NCBI GenBank assembly: GCA_965197905.1
Contig: CBDAOB010000005.1
Coordinates: 2,240,001 to 2,304,000 of the forward strand
Direction: 5' to 3'
Origin: Candidatus Latescibacterota bacterium
Lineage (GTDB): Bacteria > Latescibacterota > UBA2968 > UBA8231
Length of the DNA: 64,000 nt
Position 1 is the stretch's first letter, and the number at the start of each line of letters is the position of its first letter. The notes below the pieces were generated by a model, which had not been told where the DNA came from, did not search any database, and was given only the letters and a program-made list of their open reading frames with translations. The translations under genes were made by a program, and so were the position numbers. Shown one piece after another: positions 1-10,631 of the stretch.

Positions 1-2536
1 TCGGATAGGTCGGCAGCGCCAGCTTGCGGACAAGTGGTTGCTCCCGCAGCCGGAGTTCCCCCGGGGACATGATCAGCTCCTCCACCGGTCGCTCCAGCTC
101 CAGCTCTCCCAAGGTTCCGAGATCCAGCTCTTCCGGGTTCGGAACCGCCAGGTCGGGGAACTGCTCGATCAGAAACCGGATCTGCTCGTTTCCTCGGTCC
201 CCTTTGATGACCTTCTGCAGATAGAAATTCGACGAGTCCTCGCGGCCTTCCTCTATGAACGCGAAGAGCATGCGATAGTGAGCTTTGAGGAATCCCTGGT
301 TTTGTCTGAGCGCTTTGCGGTAGTACTCCTGTGCATCTTGATAATAGTCCTGGTCCCATTGAATGTTACCCAGTTGATACAACGCCTCCGGATTCTTACC
401 CCGTTCCTCCAAGCTCTGCTCGTAGTACTCCTGAGCGCCTTCGAGATCACCACGCCGATGGGCCCGCAGTGCAAAGCCGAAGTACTTTCTTCCCAGTGCC
501 ACCGAATCGACAGAATCCGGTTCCACGGCAAGGGTCTCTATCTTCTCCCCGGGACGCAGTTGCCCCCCTAGGGACTTGAGACCGCGCTCGAGCTTGGCGA
601 CCAACCCCGCCTGCGCCGATTCCGCTCGGTCGCGGACGATCGCGGCGAACGGGCTCTCCGGATATCGCTCCTCGAGTCGTGCGTAGCGGCGGGCAGCTTC
701 CAGGGAATCGCCGATTACATCCTCGATAGCTCTGGCCGCAATGAAGGAAGCTCTCGCTGCCGTTGGGGTGTCTGCGAAGCGCCCGACCAGGCTGTCCAAC
801 AGCGGCACGAAAACCTCCGCTTTGGTGGCGTCCTGGAACATGATCGCCTCAATCCGGCGAAACTCGGTGGCGGCCACCTCGTCAGCGGTCTGCCGTTGTG
901 CCAGACCCAAAAACACCCGCGCGGCGTTGGCATGCTCGGAGCTGGGATATTCGTCTACCAATACCTGGAAGACCGGCCCGGCATCGTCGGCCGCCTTCTT
1001 CAGCTCCAGGTGTATCCACCCCATGTTGTAGAGGATTAGAGGCATCTGCGCCGAATCGGGAAAACGTTCTCGAACCTGTCCATAATAGAACAAGGCTGAG
1101 TCGGCCTGAGCCAGTTGGTCCCGGTAAAGCTCCGCCAGGGAGAACAGATCCTCGAACACCTCGATGGTTCGATCTCCTCGCTCGATGGACGGTTCCTCGA
1201 AAAACCAGGCAGCAAGGGTTTCTGCGCTTGCGGCGGTCCCTGTCGTGGCACCATTCTGCCCATCCATGGCCGCGGCCGGAGTCACACTGGAGGAATCTGA
1301 GGACGACGAATCCACTAATGCAGTGCCAACCGTCGAATCGGCCGTAGCGGCAACCGACTCAACCCCCGTTCGGGCGGCCACGAGTGAATCTCGTTGAACG
1401 CCGCCGAGCGAGTCGGCGATGAAGATCCGCCGCGTCAGCCGATCCAGCTCTCCGAGGTCCTGCAGCGTGCGCTGAGCCTGGACCGCCGCCTCCGAATCGC
1501 GCTTCTCTGCGCCCACCTCCCGCAGATATTCGCGGGCCCTTTCCACATCTCCATGGTCCTGAAGGTATAACAGCGAGGTATGGTAAAGCGCCATCGCCGA
1601 AGGGGCGCTCTTTGGAAAATCGTCGCGCACCTGCTCGAATTCGTCGAGCGCACGTTCCAACTCGTTCCTGTCCCGGTAGTACTGTCCGATCTGCAGTCGA
1701 GTTTGGCCTTCGAAAACACGGAAACTACCATCCTTGAGGAGCAGCTCGTAAACCTGAAGCGCGGCCTCGCCATTCCCCATCGCATCAAGCACCTTCCCCT
1801 TGTTGAGGCGGCCTTCGTACTCGGTCTGCTTGGAAGGATTCCCCGGCAACACGTTCTCGAAAGCCTGCTGCGCTTCGGCATAGCGGCTGGAGTCCTCCAG
1901 GGCCATGAGGGATTCGCCGTATCTCAACCACAAGTCGGGAAGCAGGTCGGACCTGGGGAATGCTTCGATCGTGGCGTTGAATTCCTGTGAGGCGGCAACG
2001 AAATCTTCCGCTTCGAACGCCATCTCCCCGAGCCGATACCCGGATTTGTATCCTACGGCGCCACGTCCATCGCTGAATAGCTCCCGGTATAGTAGTTGGG
2101 CGTCCGAATACTGGCGCTGTGCTTCGAACGACAACGCCCGCCAATAGCGGGCCTCAAGAAATAGTTCGCTGTCGGGAAAATTCGCTTCCAGATCGGCGAA
2201 ACTGCGTACGGCCGTTATGTAGTCCCTACGCCAATAGAAGGCGCGACCCATTAGGAACATGGCGTCGTCGACCAGATCGCTTTCCTTGTGTTCGTCCAAC
2301 ACCTTGGAGGCGCGCCGCGCCGCAGTCTCGTAGAGGTTGTCGGTTTTGTGGACCGGTTTTCTAGGTGAACGGCGAGGGTCCTCGCCGCGATCGAGCATCT
2401 TCTGCTCGTCGACCGAGCGCGACTTCTCAGCCTGTCGGAAATACTTCTGTGCGTTGTAGTAGGTATTGAAATAAACGCAGGAGGTGGATATGAGACCTGC
2501 AGCGAGCAGAAGGAGTTTGGTTCTTCCCATACCCAT
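1..2536 (-). CDS. Large TPR-repeat lipoprotein (runs off the left edge of the window)
   Basis: Read manually; absent from the ORF track because it has no stop in the window. ATG at 2536 gives MGMGRTKLLLLAAGLISTSC (lipobox) VYFNTYYNAQKYF, then many TPR-like motifs (DDAMFLMGRAFY, EARYWRALSF, EALYQLGNIQW). The frame is open to position 2 and ends in QPLVRKLALPTYP. Confidence 0.85.
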   Translation of the reverse strand, partial: MGMGRTKLLLLAAGLISTSCVYFNTYYNAQKYFRQAEKSRSVDEQKMLDRGEDPRRSPRKPVHKTDNLYETAARRASKVLDEHKESDLVDDAMFLMGRAFYWRRDYITAVRSFADLEANFPDSELFLEARYWRALSFEAQRQYSDAQLLYRELFSDGRGAVGYKSGYRLGEMAFEAEDFVAASQEFNATIEAFPRSDLLPDLWLRYGESLMALEDSSRYAEAQQAFENVLPGNPSKQTEYEGRLNKGKVLDAMGNGEAALQVYELLLKDGSFRVFEGQTRLQIGQYYRDRNELERALDEFEQVRDDFPKSAPSAMALYHTSLLYLQDHGDVERAREYLREVGAEKRDSEAAVQAQRTLQDLGELDRLTRRIFIADSLGGVQRDSLVAARTGVESVAATADSTVGTALVDSSSSDSSSVTPAAAMDGQNGATTGTAASAETLAAWFFEEPSIERGDRTIEVFEDLFSLAELYRDQLAQADSALFYYGQVRERFPDSAQMPLILYNMGWIHLELKKAADDAGPVFQVLVDEYPSSEHANAARVFLGLAQRQTADEVAATEFRRIEAIMFQDATKAEVFVPLLDSLVGRFADTPTAARASFIAARAIEDVIGDSLEAARRYARLEERYPESPFAAIVRDRAESAQAGLVAKLERGLKSLGGQLRPGEKIETLAVEPDSVDSVALGRKYFGFALRAHRRGDLEGAQEYYEQSLEERGKNPEALYQLGNIQWDQDYYQDAQEYYRKALRQNQGFLKAHYRMLFAFIEEGREDSSNFYLQKVIKGDRGNEQIRFLIEQFPDLAVPNPEELDLGTLGELELERPVEELIMSPGELRLREQPLVRKLALPTYP

Positions 2537-2545
2537 CGTGGCGAT

Positions 2546-5500
2546 CTATCCGCCGATGTAGTCCTGTAGGGCGCAAACGGAAAGATCCTCTTGTCGAAGT
2601 GCAGCCATCCCGGCAGCTGCCGCTCGCGCCCCGGCCATCGTCGTGGTGTAGGGCACGTTGTGCAGAATGGCCGCCCGGCGAACCACATGATCGTCGTACT
2701 GAGACGGCGCATCCTGCGGTGTGTTGATTACCATATCGATCTGATTGCTCCTGATGGCATCCTCCACATGGGGCCGCCCTTCGTGGACCTTGCGAATTTT
2801 TTCTGCTTGAATTCCGTGTCGAAGGAGAAACTCCATGGTTCCCTGCGTGGCGATTAGCTTGTAGCCGAATCCGTCGAGCTCTCTCGCGATCGAGACGGCA
2901 GCCTCCTTGTCGCGATCGCCGACGCTGATAAAAACGCAGCCTTGGGCGGGCAACATCGAACCTGCTCCCATCTGCGCCTTCAGGAACGCCGCGCCGAACC
3001 CGCTGCCGATGCCCATCACTTCGCCCGTGGATTTCATCTCTGGACCCAATAGACTGTCCGCCCCCGGGAATTTGATGAATGGCAGCACCGCCTCTTTCAC
3101 CGAGATGTGTTCTGGAACGACCTCGTCGACGACCGCTTGCTGCTTCAAGGTCTTTCCGGTCATCGCCCGCGCGGCAATCTTGGCCAAGGGTCGACCGGTA
3201 GCCTTGCTTACGAACGGCACCGTTCGCGATGCCCGTGGATTGACCTCGAGCACGTACACCATCTCCTCGTGAATTGCATACTGGACATTCATGAGGCCCA
3301 CGACGTTCAGCGCGCGCGCCAGCGCATGGGTATTCTCCCTGACCGACTCGAGGTTACTCGGGGAAATATCGAATGGCGGGAGCACGCAGGCGCTGTCGCC
3401 GGAGTGGACACCGGCATGCTCGATATGCTGCATGATACCACCGATCACTACATCGGTGCCGTCGGCGACCGCGTCTACGTCGAATTCTTGGGCTCCCTCG
3501 AGGTAACGATCGATGAGCACCGGGCGCTGAGGTGACACGTCGATTGCCTCCGCCATGTAGCTTTCCAAGCTTCCGGGATCGTAGACGATCACCATTGCGC
3601 GTCCGCCGAGAACATACGACGGTCGCACCAGGACGGGATAGCCGATCTTCTCCGCTACTCCTCTCGCCTGCTCCAAACTGCTGGCAAGACCGTGTTCCGG
3701 CTGGCGAATGTGGAGTTGGCGCAGCAGATTGCCGAACCGCTCCCGGTCTTCAGCCAAGTCGATGCTGGCGGGTGTCGTGCCGATGATGGGAACGCCCGCC
3801 TCCTCCAGTTCCGCCGCCAGATTCAACGGCGTCTGACCGCCGAACTGCACGATCACTCCATCGGGCTGCTCGAGATCCACGATGTTCAATACGTCCTCCA
3901 CCGTCAGCGGCTCGAAGTAGAGTTTGTCGGCGGTGTCGTAGTCGGTGCTGACCGTTTCCGGATTACTATTGACCATGATCGTTTCGAAACCGTCTTCGCG
4001 GAGGGCGAAACAGGCATGAACACAGCAGTAATCGAACTCGATCCCTTGTCCGATTCGGTTTGGCCCGCCGCCAAGAATGACGATCTTTTTTTGGTCCGTG
4101 CGGAACGCCTCCTCCTCACGCTCATAGGTGGAGTAGTGGTACGGCGTGTGAGCTTCGAATTCGGCGGCGCAGGTGTCCACGGTCTTAAAGATCGGCCGGA
4201 TCTGGTTCTCAATTCGCCGGTTCCGCACCACCGCTTCGTCGGTATCCCGCAGAAACGCCAATTGCTTATCCCCGTACCCGTACTCCTTGGCTTGCCGCAA
4301 CAGCTTGGGGTCCTCCAACGGATCTTCTTGGCGCAATCTTTGTTCCAGAGCGAGCAACTGTTGAAGATTGTCTAGAAACCATGGATCGATGCCGGTCAAT
4401 TGGTAGAGCTCGTCAATCGAGGATCCGTTCTCCAGCGCCAGCTTGAGGTAGAAGAGCCGCTGCGAGTTAGGTGTGGTCAGCCGCTCCTGGAGCTCGCTCT
4501 TCGGCACCCTCTCGGGTCGCAGATCCTTGCCGTCGCCACCCCATCCGGCTCTGCCGATCTCCAGCGAACGCAATCCCTTCTGCAGCGATTCCTTGAAGGT
4601 TCGGCCGATGGCCATGGTCTCTCCAACAGAACGCATCTGCGTGTCTAGCGAATCGACCGAGTCGGGAAATTTCTCGAAAGCCCAGCGCGGAATCTTGGTC
4701 ACGACGTAGTCGATGGTCGGTTCGAAGGAGGCGGGAGTCTCGCGTGTTATATCGTTTGGAATCTCATCCAGGGTGTAACCAACCGCCAGCTTGGCGGCGA
4801 TCTTGGCGATCGGAAACCCGGTGGCTTTCGAGGCCAACGCTGAGCTTCGAGATACTCGGGGATTCATCTCGATGACCACCAGCCGACCGTCTTCGGGGTT
4901 CAGCGCGAACTGGATGTTCGATCCACCGGTGTCAACGCCGATGGTGCGGATGACGCGAATCGCCGCGTCTCGCAACCGTTGATACTCTTTGTCCGTCAAG
5001 GTTTGAGCCGGGGCAACGGTTATGCTGTCGCCCGTATGCACCCCCATTGGATCGAAGTTTTCGATGGAGCAAATGATGACCACATTGTCGCTGTGATCGC
5101 GCATGACCTCGAGCTCGTACTCTTTCCAGCCGAGCACCGACTGCTCTACGAGCACTTCGGTAATGGGACTCAGCTCGAGTCCATGACTGACGATGCGCTC
5201 GAATTCCTCGGCATTGTACGCCACTCCCCCACCACTGCCCCCCATGGTAAATGACGGCCGCACGATGGTCGGGTAGCCGATATCGCGTTGATGCGAATAC
5301 GCCTCGTCCATCGTATGCGCGAAGTACCCCCGGGGCATCTCCAGGCCAGCGCGGTCCATCGCTTTCTTAAAGAACTCGCGATCTTCCGCCATCTTGATGG
5401 CGTCCAGCTTTGCCCCGATCAGCTCGACTCCGTAGCGCTCAAGCACGCCCGCTTCAGCCAGAGAGACCGCCGTATTCAAAGCCGTCTGCCCCCCCAATGT

Positions 5501-5764
5501 GGGCAGCAGCGCTTGGGGGCGCTCGAGGTCAATGATCTTTTCGCAGATCTCGGGTGTAATCGGTTCCACGTAGGTGCGCTGGGCGAAGTCGGGATCGGTC
5601 ATGATCGTGGCTGGATTGCTATTCACCAGCACAATCTCGTACCCCTCTTCGTTCAGGGCTTTGCACGCTTGAGTGCCCGAGTAGTCGAACTCGCAGGCCT
5701 GCCCGATCACGATTGGTCCGGAGCCGATCAGCATGATCCGCTCTATATCCTCGCGCCTTGGCAT
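2546..5764 (-). CDS. carB: Carbamoyl-phosphate synthase large subunit
   Basis: [34 protein letters not shown], duplicated ATP-grasp halves ([41 protein letters not shown]) and a C-terminal MGS domain. Start placed at ATG 5764. Confidence 0.98.
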   Translation of the reverse strand: MPRREDIERIMLIGSGPIVIGQACEFDYSGTQACKALNEEGYEIVLVNSNPATIMTDPDFAQRTYVEPITPEICEKIIDLERPQALLPTLGGQTALNTAVSLAEAGVLERYGVELIGAKLDAIKMAEDREFFKKAMDRAGLEMPRGYFAHTMDEAYSHQRDIGYPTIVRPSFTMGGSGGGVAYNAEEFERIVSHGLELSPITEVLVEQSVLGWKEYELEVMRDHSDNVVIICSIENFDPMGVHTGDSITVAPAQTLTDKEYQRLRDAAIRVIRTIGVDTGGSNIQFALNPEDGRLVVIEMNPRVSRSSALASKATGFPIAKIAAKLAVGYTLDEIPNDITRETPASFEPTIDYVVTKIPRWAFEKFPDSVDSLDTQMRSVGETMAIGRTFKESLQKGLRSLEIGRAGWGGDGKDLRPERVPKSELQERLTTPNSQRLFYLKLALENGSSIDELYQLTGIDPWFLDNLQQLLALEQRLRQEDPLEDPKLLRQAKEYGYGDKQLAFLRDTDEAVVRNRRIENQIRPIFKTVDTCAAEFEAHTPYHYSTYEREEEAFRTDQKKIVILGGGPNRIGQGIEFDYCCVHACFALREDGFETIMVNSNPETVSTDYDTADKLYFEPLTVEDVLNIVDLEQPDGVIVQFGGQTPLNLAAELEEAGVPIIGTTPASIDLAEDRERFGNLLRQLHIRQPEHGLASSLEQARGVAEKIGYPVLVRPSYVLGGRAMVIVYDPGSLESYMAEAIDVSPQRPVLIDRYLEGAQEFDVDAVADGTDVVIGGIMQHIEHAGVHSGDSACVLPPFDISPSNLESVRENTHALARALNVVGLMNVQYAIHEEMVYVLEVNPRASRTVPFVSKATGRPLAKIAARAMTGKTLKQQAVVDEVVPEHISVKEAVLPFIKFPGADSLLGPEMKSTGEVMGIGSGFGAAFLKAQMGAGSMLPAQGCVFISVGDRDKEAAVSIARELDGFGYKLIATQGTMEFLLRHGIQAEKIRKVHEGRPHVEDAIRSNQIDMVINTPQDAPSQYDDHVVRRAAILHNVPYTTTMAGARAAAAGMAALRQEDLSVCALQDYIGG

Positions 5765-5918
5765 AGCTTCCCTTACCCCGAAAACGAAAAAACGAGATGC
5801 GCTTTCGCGCATCTCGAGGTGATCAGAGTAGACAGTTGGAACAAATGATAGTGCAACTAAGGGGTCTGGAGATGAAGATGAGAAGGTAGGTGGATTCTAC
5901 ACAACCTGTACATCGATG

Positions 5919-6443
5919 CTACGATTTCTGAATAAAGCTCAGGTAGATCAACAGAACGATAGCTGCTATCGTCGTCGCGTATCCGAATTTTAGCAGGAGG
6001 AATTTTGTCCGTTCCCAGTTTCCCTCGCGCTTGATCTTGATTCTGCGCGGCGCTACTTCCTTATAATCGCCCTGGAACCGCTCTTCGTCGATGAGCCGGA
6101 CCAGTTTGGGATCATACTCCGCAATCGTCTTCAAGATGAGTCGTTTGCGATGCGCCACGCGCTCGGCGAACTGCTCGCCGGGCTCCGGTGAAGCCTCCCC
6201 TTCAGGAGGGGTTACCCTTGATTCGTTTCCCGTCGATCGCTCCGAGATTAACGTGAAGGTCTTCTCGCGAGCGAGGCTTTCGGCAAGTCCGTTCACCGCT
6301 TTTCGATCGCTGACATTCGATTCGATGACCCCGTAACAGGTGTCGATGAAACTCTTGAAATCGTTGCGAATCTCCTCCTCCGACAAACCCAGCAGGTAGG
6401 ATTCTTCGATAATCGCCTCGATAGCTTCTTTGACGTCGCTCAT
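5919..6443 (-). CDS. Hypothetical protein with a C-terminal transmembrane anchor
   Basis: 174-aa ORF with a charged N-terminal region and hydrophobic C-terminus (FGYATTIAAIVLLIYLSFI). Confidence 0.65.
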   Translation of the reverse strand: MSDVKEAIEAIIEESYLLGLSEEEIRNDFKSFIDTCYGVIESNVSDRKAVNGLAESLAREKTFTLISERSTGNESRVTPPEGEASPEPGEQFAERVAHRKRLILKTIAEYDPKLVRLIDEERFQGDYKEVAPRRIKIKREGNWERTKFLLLKFGYATTIAAIVLLIYLSFIQKS

Positions 6444-6660
6444 CTGTCGTTGCCCATCAATATCGAGAGTTTCTAGGAGTTGAACGTACCACTCGCGGTT
6501 AGAGCCGCCCGGTGATTCTGCCTTGAGCCGCTAATACTGTAAGAGATACACATATCTGTGTCAAGAGAGGTCCAGCGCAACAACTTACGCATTTCGGGCG
6601 CCCCGTTCCGAGCGCGAGACAAAGATCGATTCCGCGTTTGGCGATCGCTCTACTTTCAGG

Positions 6661-8250
6661 CTAGCCCTTGTTCGCTGTCCCCTGTCCGTCCCGCACGATG
6701 TCCAGCATGGCCTTCGGGACCGCCGCGGCAATGTCCCCGGCCAAAAGACCCCACTCTCCGAGCTCGTCCCGCGCTATATCGCCGGCCCGGCCGTGGACAT
6801 ACACACCCAACTGGGCCGCCTCGTCACACCCCAACCCCTGGGCGACAAATCCAGCAATAACGCCTGCCAGAACATCTCCGGATCCCGCCGTTGCCATACC
6901 GGGGTTTCCGGTCGGATTCACCACCGCTCGACCGTCCTGGGTCGCGATCACGGTCGGCGCCCCTTTCAGTACCACAACCACCTTATGTTCTACCGCAAAT
7001 CCGCTGGCAGCGGCGACGGGATCGGCCGCGATATCGACCTTGTGGGCCTGAGCCAGCCGGGCAAATTCTCCGAGGTGGGGGGTCAGGATGGTGGGGGCGG
7101 TTCTCCCTCCCAATATATCGACCGACCCGGCGAAAGCATTCAGTCCGTCGGCATCTAGCACCAACGGCAGCTCTGCCATCGCCACGACCCGCCTGATCAG
7201 CTCAACCGTCTCCCGATGCCGTCCAAGACCGGGCCCGAGCGCCAGACAGTCCTTTTTCACCAGCAGGGCGGTCACATCTCCTATCGCTCTAAGCGAGAGA
7301 CAACGGTGCTTGCGGACCTCCGGGAGCGGCCTAGTCATCACTTCCGTAAGCTTGATTTCCATGATGTCGTTGAGGCTGGCTGGAATACCTAGGGTTGCCC
7401 GGCCAGCGCCGGAGAGCAAAACAGACTGGGCCGTCAGAGAGGCGGCCCCCGTCATCCCGACCGATCCGGCCACAACCGCCACCGCACCACAGCTGCCCTT
7501 GTAGGCATCGCCGGGACGCCGTGGAATCAATCGCGACACCGATTCTTCGCAGAGGAGCTCGGTTGTCACCCTTAACGGGTTGATGGCAGAGTCGGGGAAG
7601 CCGATATCAACCAGGCGCAAGACCCCGCACTGATCGCGACCGGGAAAAAACATCTGGCCAACCTTCGGCAGCCCGAAGGTCACGGTGATGGCGGCCCTGA
7701 CGCAGGCTCCGGGAACCTTTCCGGTATCTGCATCCACACCGGACGGCAGGTCAACCGCTACTACCGGGCGGCCGCAAGACCTGATCCGATCGATGACATT
7801 GGCAAGTTCGAGTCGCGGGGCACCTCTGACGCCCGTGCCGAGCAACGCGTCGACGACAAGCTCTGCATCCTGCAAGGCGTCATCGAACAGTTCCAGATCA
7901 CCGGCGGAGGCCAACGGTTCAACCTGGCCGCCGCCAGTCGTGAAGAGATCCAGATGATGTTTGGCAACGCCGCGAATCATGTCGGGATCGGCTGCTAGAA
8001 AGGTTCGCTGGCGCGCACCCTTGGAATGCAGCAGACGGCTTATCACGAATCCGTCCCCGCCGTTGTTCCCCTTCCCACAGACAACCACGATATGCAGATC
8101 GTCCAGGCCGTCCCACTCTTCGCGGATCGCCTCCACCACGCGGGACCCTGCTCGCTCCATCAACTCCGCGCCGCTCGCCACGCCAGCATCGATCGTCCGG
8201 CGATCGATCTCCGCCATCTGTGTGCCGGTGACGAGTTTCAGATTGGACAT
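6661..8250 (-). CDS. nnr: Bifunctional NAD(P)H-hydrate epimerase/dehydratase (YjeF)
   Basis: YjeF_N motifs CGKGNNGGDG, DALLGTG and AVDLPSG; carbohydrate-kinase motifs LDADGLN, LTPHLGEFARL and GNPGMATAGSGDVLAG. Confidence 0.96.
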   Translation of the reverse strand: MSNLKLVTGTQMAEIDRRTIDAGVASGAELMERAGSRVVEAIREEWDGLDDLHIVVVCGKGNNGGDGFVISRLLHSKGARQRTFLAADPDMIRGVAKHHLDLFTTGGGQVEPLASAGDLELFDDALQDAELVVDALLGTGVRGAPRLELANVIDRIRSCGRPVVAVDLPSGVDADTGKVPGACVRAAITVTFGLPKVGQMFFPGRDQCGVLRLVDIGFPDSAINPLRVTTELLCEESVSRLIPRRPGDAYKGSCGAVAVVAGSVGMTGAASLTAQSVLLSGAGRATLGIPASLNDIMEIKLTEVMTRPLPEVRKHRCLSLRAIGDVTALLVKKDCLALGPGLGRHRETVELIRRVVAMAELPLVLDADGLNAFAGSVDILGGRTAPTILTPHLGEFARLAQAHKVDIAADPVAAASGFAVEHKVVVVLKGAPTVIATQDGRAVVNPTGNPGMATAGSGDVLAGVIAGFVAQGLGCDEAAQLGVYVHGRAGDIARDELGEWGLLAGDIAAAVPKAMLDIVRDGQGTANKG

Positions 8251-8253
8251 GGC

Positions 8254-9495
8254 TCACTCGCCGATTTGGTGCTGCATGAATTCGGCGTAGGTGCGAGCAG
8301 TCTGCATGACATCGTGTACTCCAACCCGTTCGTCCACGGCGTGTCCGTGCTCGCCCTTGACCCCGTACGAAACGCCGGGTATGCCAGCGTCCTCGATGAA
8401 ATAGTGAAGATCGGTGAAACCGCTGGTGGTGCGAAACTCGGGTGGGCGTCGCCGTATCGTCTGCACCGCTCTGGCGAACGATTTAGGCAATTCGTGTTCA
8501 GGATCTATCGAGCAGGGTTCGATGCGCAGTCTTGTTTCAACGGAAAAGCGGGCCTTGGGCGACTGCTCGGAGGCACGTTTCAAGGTGCTCAACAGCTCCT
8601 TCTCCACCTTGGCGAGGCTCTCGCCAGGAACGAGCCTCCGATCTATGGAGAACGACGATCGACCGGGCACAATGTTTATCTTGTCGCCTTCGCTGCCACC
8701 GAAAACACCTCCCATAATCATGGTCGGCCAGCGTTCGTGTCCGTTGAAATCTCGATAGCAGCGGCGGGGCGCTTCCAACTGCTTGCGAAAACGTTTGAGG
8801 TGACTAACCGCAGAGGCCATAGCCTCGAAGGCGTTGACGCCTACCTTCGGGTTGGAGGCGTGTGATGACCTTCCCACAATTTCTACCACGAGCCAGAGAA
8901 CTCCGTTGTGGGCGCATCCCACACGCGACCCGGCCGCACCCTCGCACACGACGGCGTAGTCCGCTTCAACCAGACCGGAACGCACGATGTGCCCGGCTCC
9001 GAGGTCTCCTCCCGTCTCCTCATCCGCCGTAAAGGAGCATTCGATATTGAAGGCGGGATCGGTACCGGTGCGCCGCATCGCTTCCAACGCCATAAACAAC
9101 GCGGCAATGGAACCTTTCATATCACCGGAACCCCTTCCATAGAGGTTACCGTTGTTCACTGCCGGCTCGAAGGCACTGCCGAAACGCCACGAACCGGAGG
9201 CAGGCACGACGTCGTAGTGGGCGTTGAAGTGCACCGTGTCAGCTGCACCGACCTGCCAGCGGGCGATCAGGTTATAGCGCGGAAACTTGCTCGAGACGGA
9301 AGCTCCTTTTAACGCGTCATCAGGGACCCGGTGGACGCGGACGTCCATGCCTAGAGACGAACAGCGCTTGGCCAATAGGTCGACGATCTGTTTGTAATTC
9401 GACCCAGGTGGGTTAACCGTGGGAATACGGACCAGTTCCTGCAAAAATCGCACGAGAGCAGGTTCGCTTTTGTCTAAATACTCCCTCACCTTCAC
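8254..9495 (-). CDS. M20 family metallopeptidase (ArgE/DapE-like)
   Basis: LVRIPTVNPPG, HYDVVP, GRGSGDMKG, DEETGG and HAVDE motifs. Probable GTG start near 9495. Confidence 0.9.
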   Translation of the reverse strand: MKVREYLDKSEPALVRFLQELVRIPTVNPPGSNYKQIVDLLAKRCSSLGMDVRVHRVPDDALKGASVSSKFPRYNLIARWQVGAADTVHFNAHYDVVPASGSWRFGSAFEPAVNNGNLYGRGSGDMKGSIAALFMALEAMRRTGTDPAFNIECSFTADEETGGDLGAGHIVRSGLVEADYAVVCEGAAGSRVGCAHNGVLWLVVEIVGRSSHASNPKVGVNAFEAMASAVSHLKRFRKQLEAPRRCYRDFNGHERWPTMIMGGVFGGSEGDKINIVPGRSSFSIDRRLVPGESLAKVEKELLSTLKRASEQSPKARFSVETRLRIEPCSIDPEHELPKSFARAVQTIRRRPPEFRTTSGFTDLHYFIEDAGIPGVSYGVKGEHGHAVDERVGVHDVMQTARTYAEFMQHQIGE

Positions 9496-9616
9496 AATTC
9501 TTCTACCTCGTTTGTTGGGGGGGATAAATATAACGGAAACCGGCATCGATCCAACCGCTCAACTCCCACAGCCACACCAGCTTGGCAGTTGAGGTAGTGG
9601 AGAGGGGAAAATCGGG

Positions 9617-10519
9617 TTACTGTAGCGGAATCGGAAACCAGGCCGGGGAGGTGTCGTCTTCGATGTTTGTCGTCAACTGGACGAGATTCTCCCCATCGGG
9701 ATCGACCATAAATATCTGGAAACTTGCGAGTTCGATGGATTGGAAAGCAATGCGTAATCCATCGGGAGACCAGGCGGCCCCACCGTCGTTGCCCGGTCTG
9801 CGCGTGAGGCGCTTCAGATCGGTGCCGTCGACGTTCATCGAATAAATCTCGAAATCGGCGGCGCGGCTGGATGTGAAAGCAAGCCGTGCACCGTCCGGAG
9901 ACCACGCGGGGGAAGAGTCCCAGGCGGGATGGTCGGTGAGTCGGGCTGTCTCACCGGTGGCCATATCCATGACGTATATCTCGAAGTTTCCGTCACGCCG
10001 ACTCTCAAAGGCAAGTCTGGTGCCATCGGGAGACCACGCGGGGGAGCCATCTCGCTCCCGCCCTGTCGTCAGTTGCACCACGTCGCTGCCATCCGGATTC
10101 ATCATATAGATGTCGAAGTTACCGATCTCTTCCGCAGTGTACGCAATTCTCGAACCGTCGGGAGACCACGCCGGCGCAACATCTTGGCCCGGTCGCTCGG
10201 TAAGGCGGATCTGGTTGGATCCGCCGGCATCCATCACATAGAGCTCGAAGTCCAGATCTCGATCGGAAACGAAGGCAATCTTCGAGCCGTCGGGTGACCA
10301 GCTCGGGGAGCTATCCTGGCCGGGATGATCCGTCAGGTTCAGCTCGTTTGTACCGTCTACGTGAGCGGCGTATATCTCATGGTTGCCCCGACGTATAGAC
10401 TTGTAGGCAAAGCGATTGGCAGAGTTGAACTCAACCGCTGCCGGGCTGTTCGAGTCAGCGCAGCCGACGACTACGAGTGGAACGAGGACCGTCAACAGCG
10501 AACGGCATCTCTGATTCAT
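9617..10519 (-). CDS. TolB-like PD40/beta-propeller lipoprotein
   Basis: Lipobox VVGC and repeated PxWSPDGxxIAF.S.R..NFEIY.M motifs. Confidence 0.9.
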   Translation of the reverse strand: MNQRCRSLLTVLVPLVVVGCADSNSPAAVEFNSANRFAYKSIRRGNHEIYAAHVDGTNELNLTDHPGQDSSPSWSPDGSKIAFVSDRDLDFELYVMDAGGSNQIRLTERPGQDVAPAWSPDGSRIAYTAEEIGNFDIYMMNPDGSDVVQLTTGRERDGSPAWSPDGTRLAFESRRDGNFEIYVMDMATGETARLTDHPAWDSSPAWSPDGARLAFTSSRAADFEIYSMNVDGTDLKRLTRRPGNDGGAAWSPDGLRIAFQSIELASFQIFMVDPDGENLVQLTTNIEDDTSPAWFPIPLQ

Positions 10520-10631
10520 CCTGGCGATCTCCGACCAGCAGGCATAAAGCTCCGACGGTGATAATGGGTGGTTCGAGGCTTTTGATGCCTCGAGTTCCAG
10601 TGTCGATTCAAGATAACTTGGAGACTGCCAA

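Noticed and set aside
9617..10330. Regularly spaced DNA repeats (GGAGACCACGC...) as a CRISPR-like array
   Set aside because: They encode the WSPDG motifs of PD40 protein repeats. No CRISPR array or cas gene was seen in the window.
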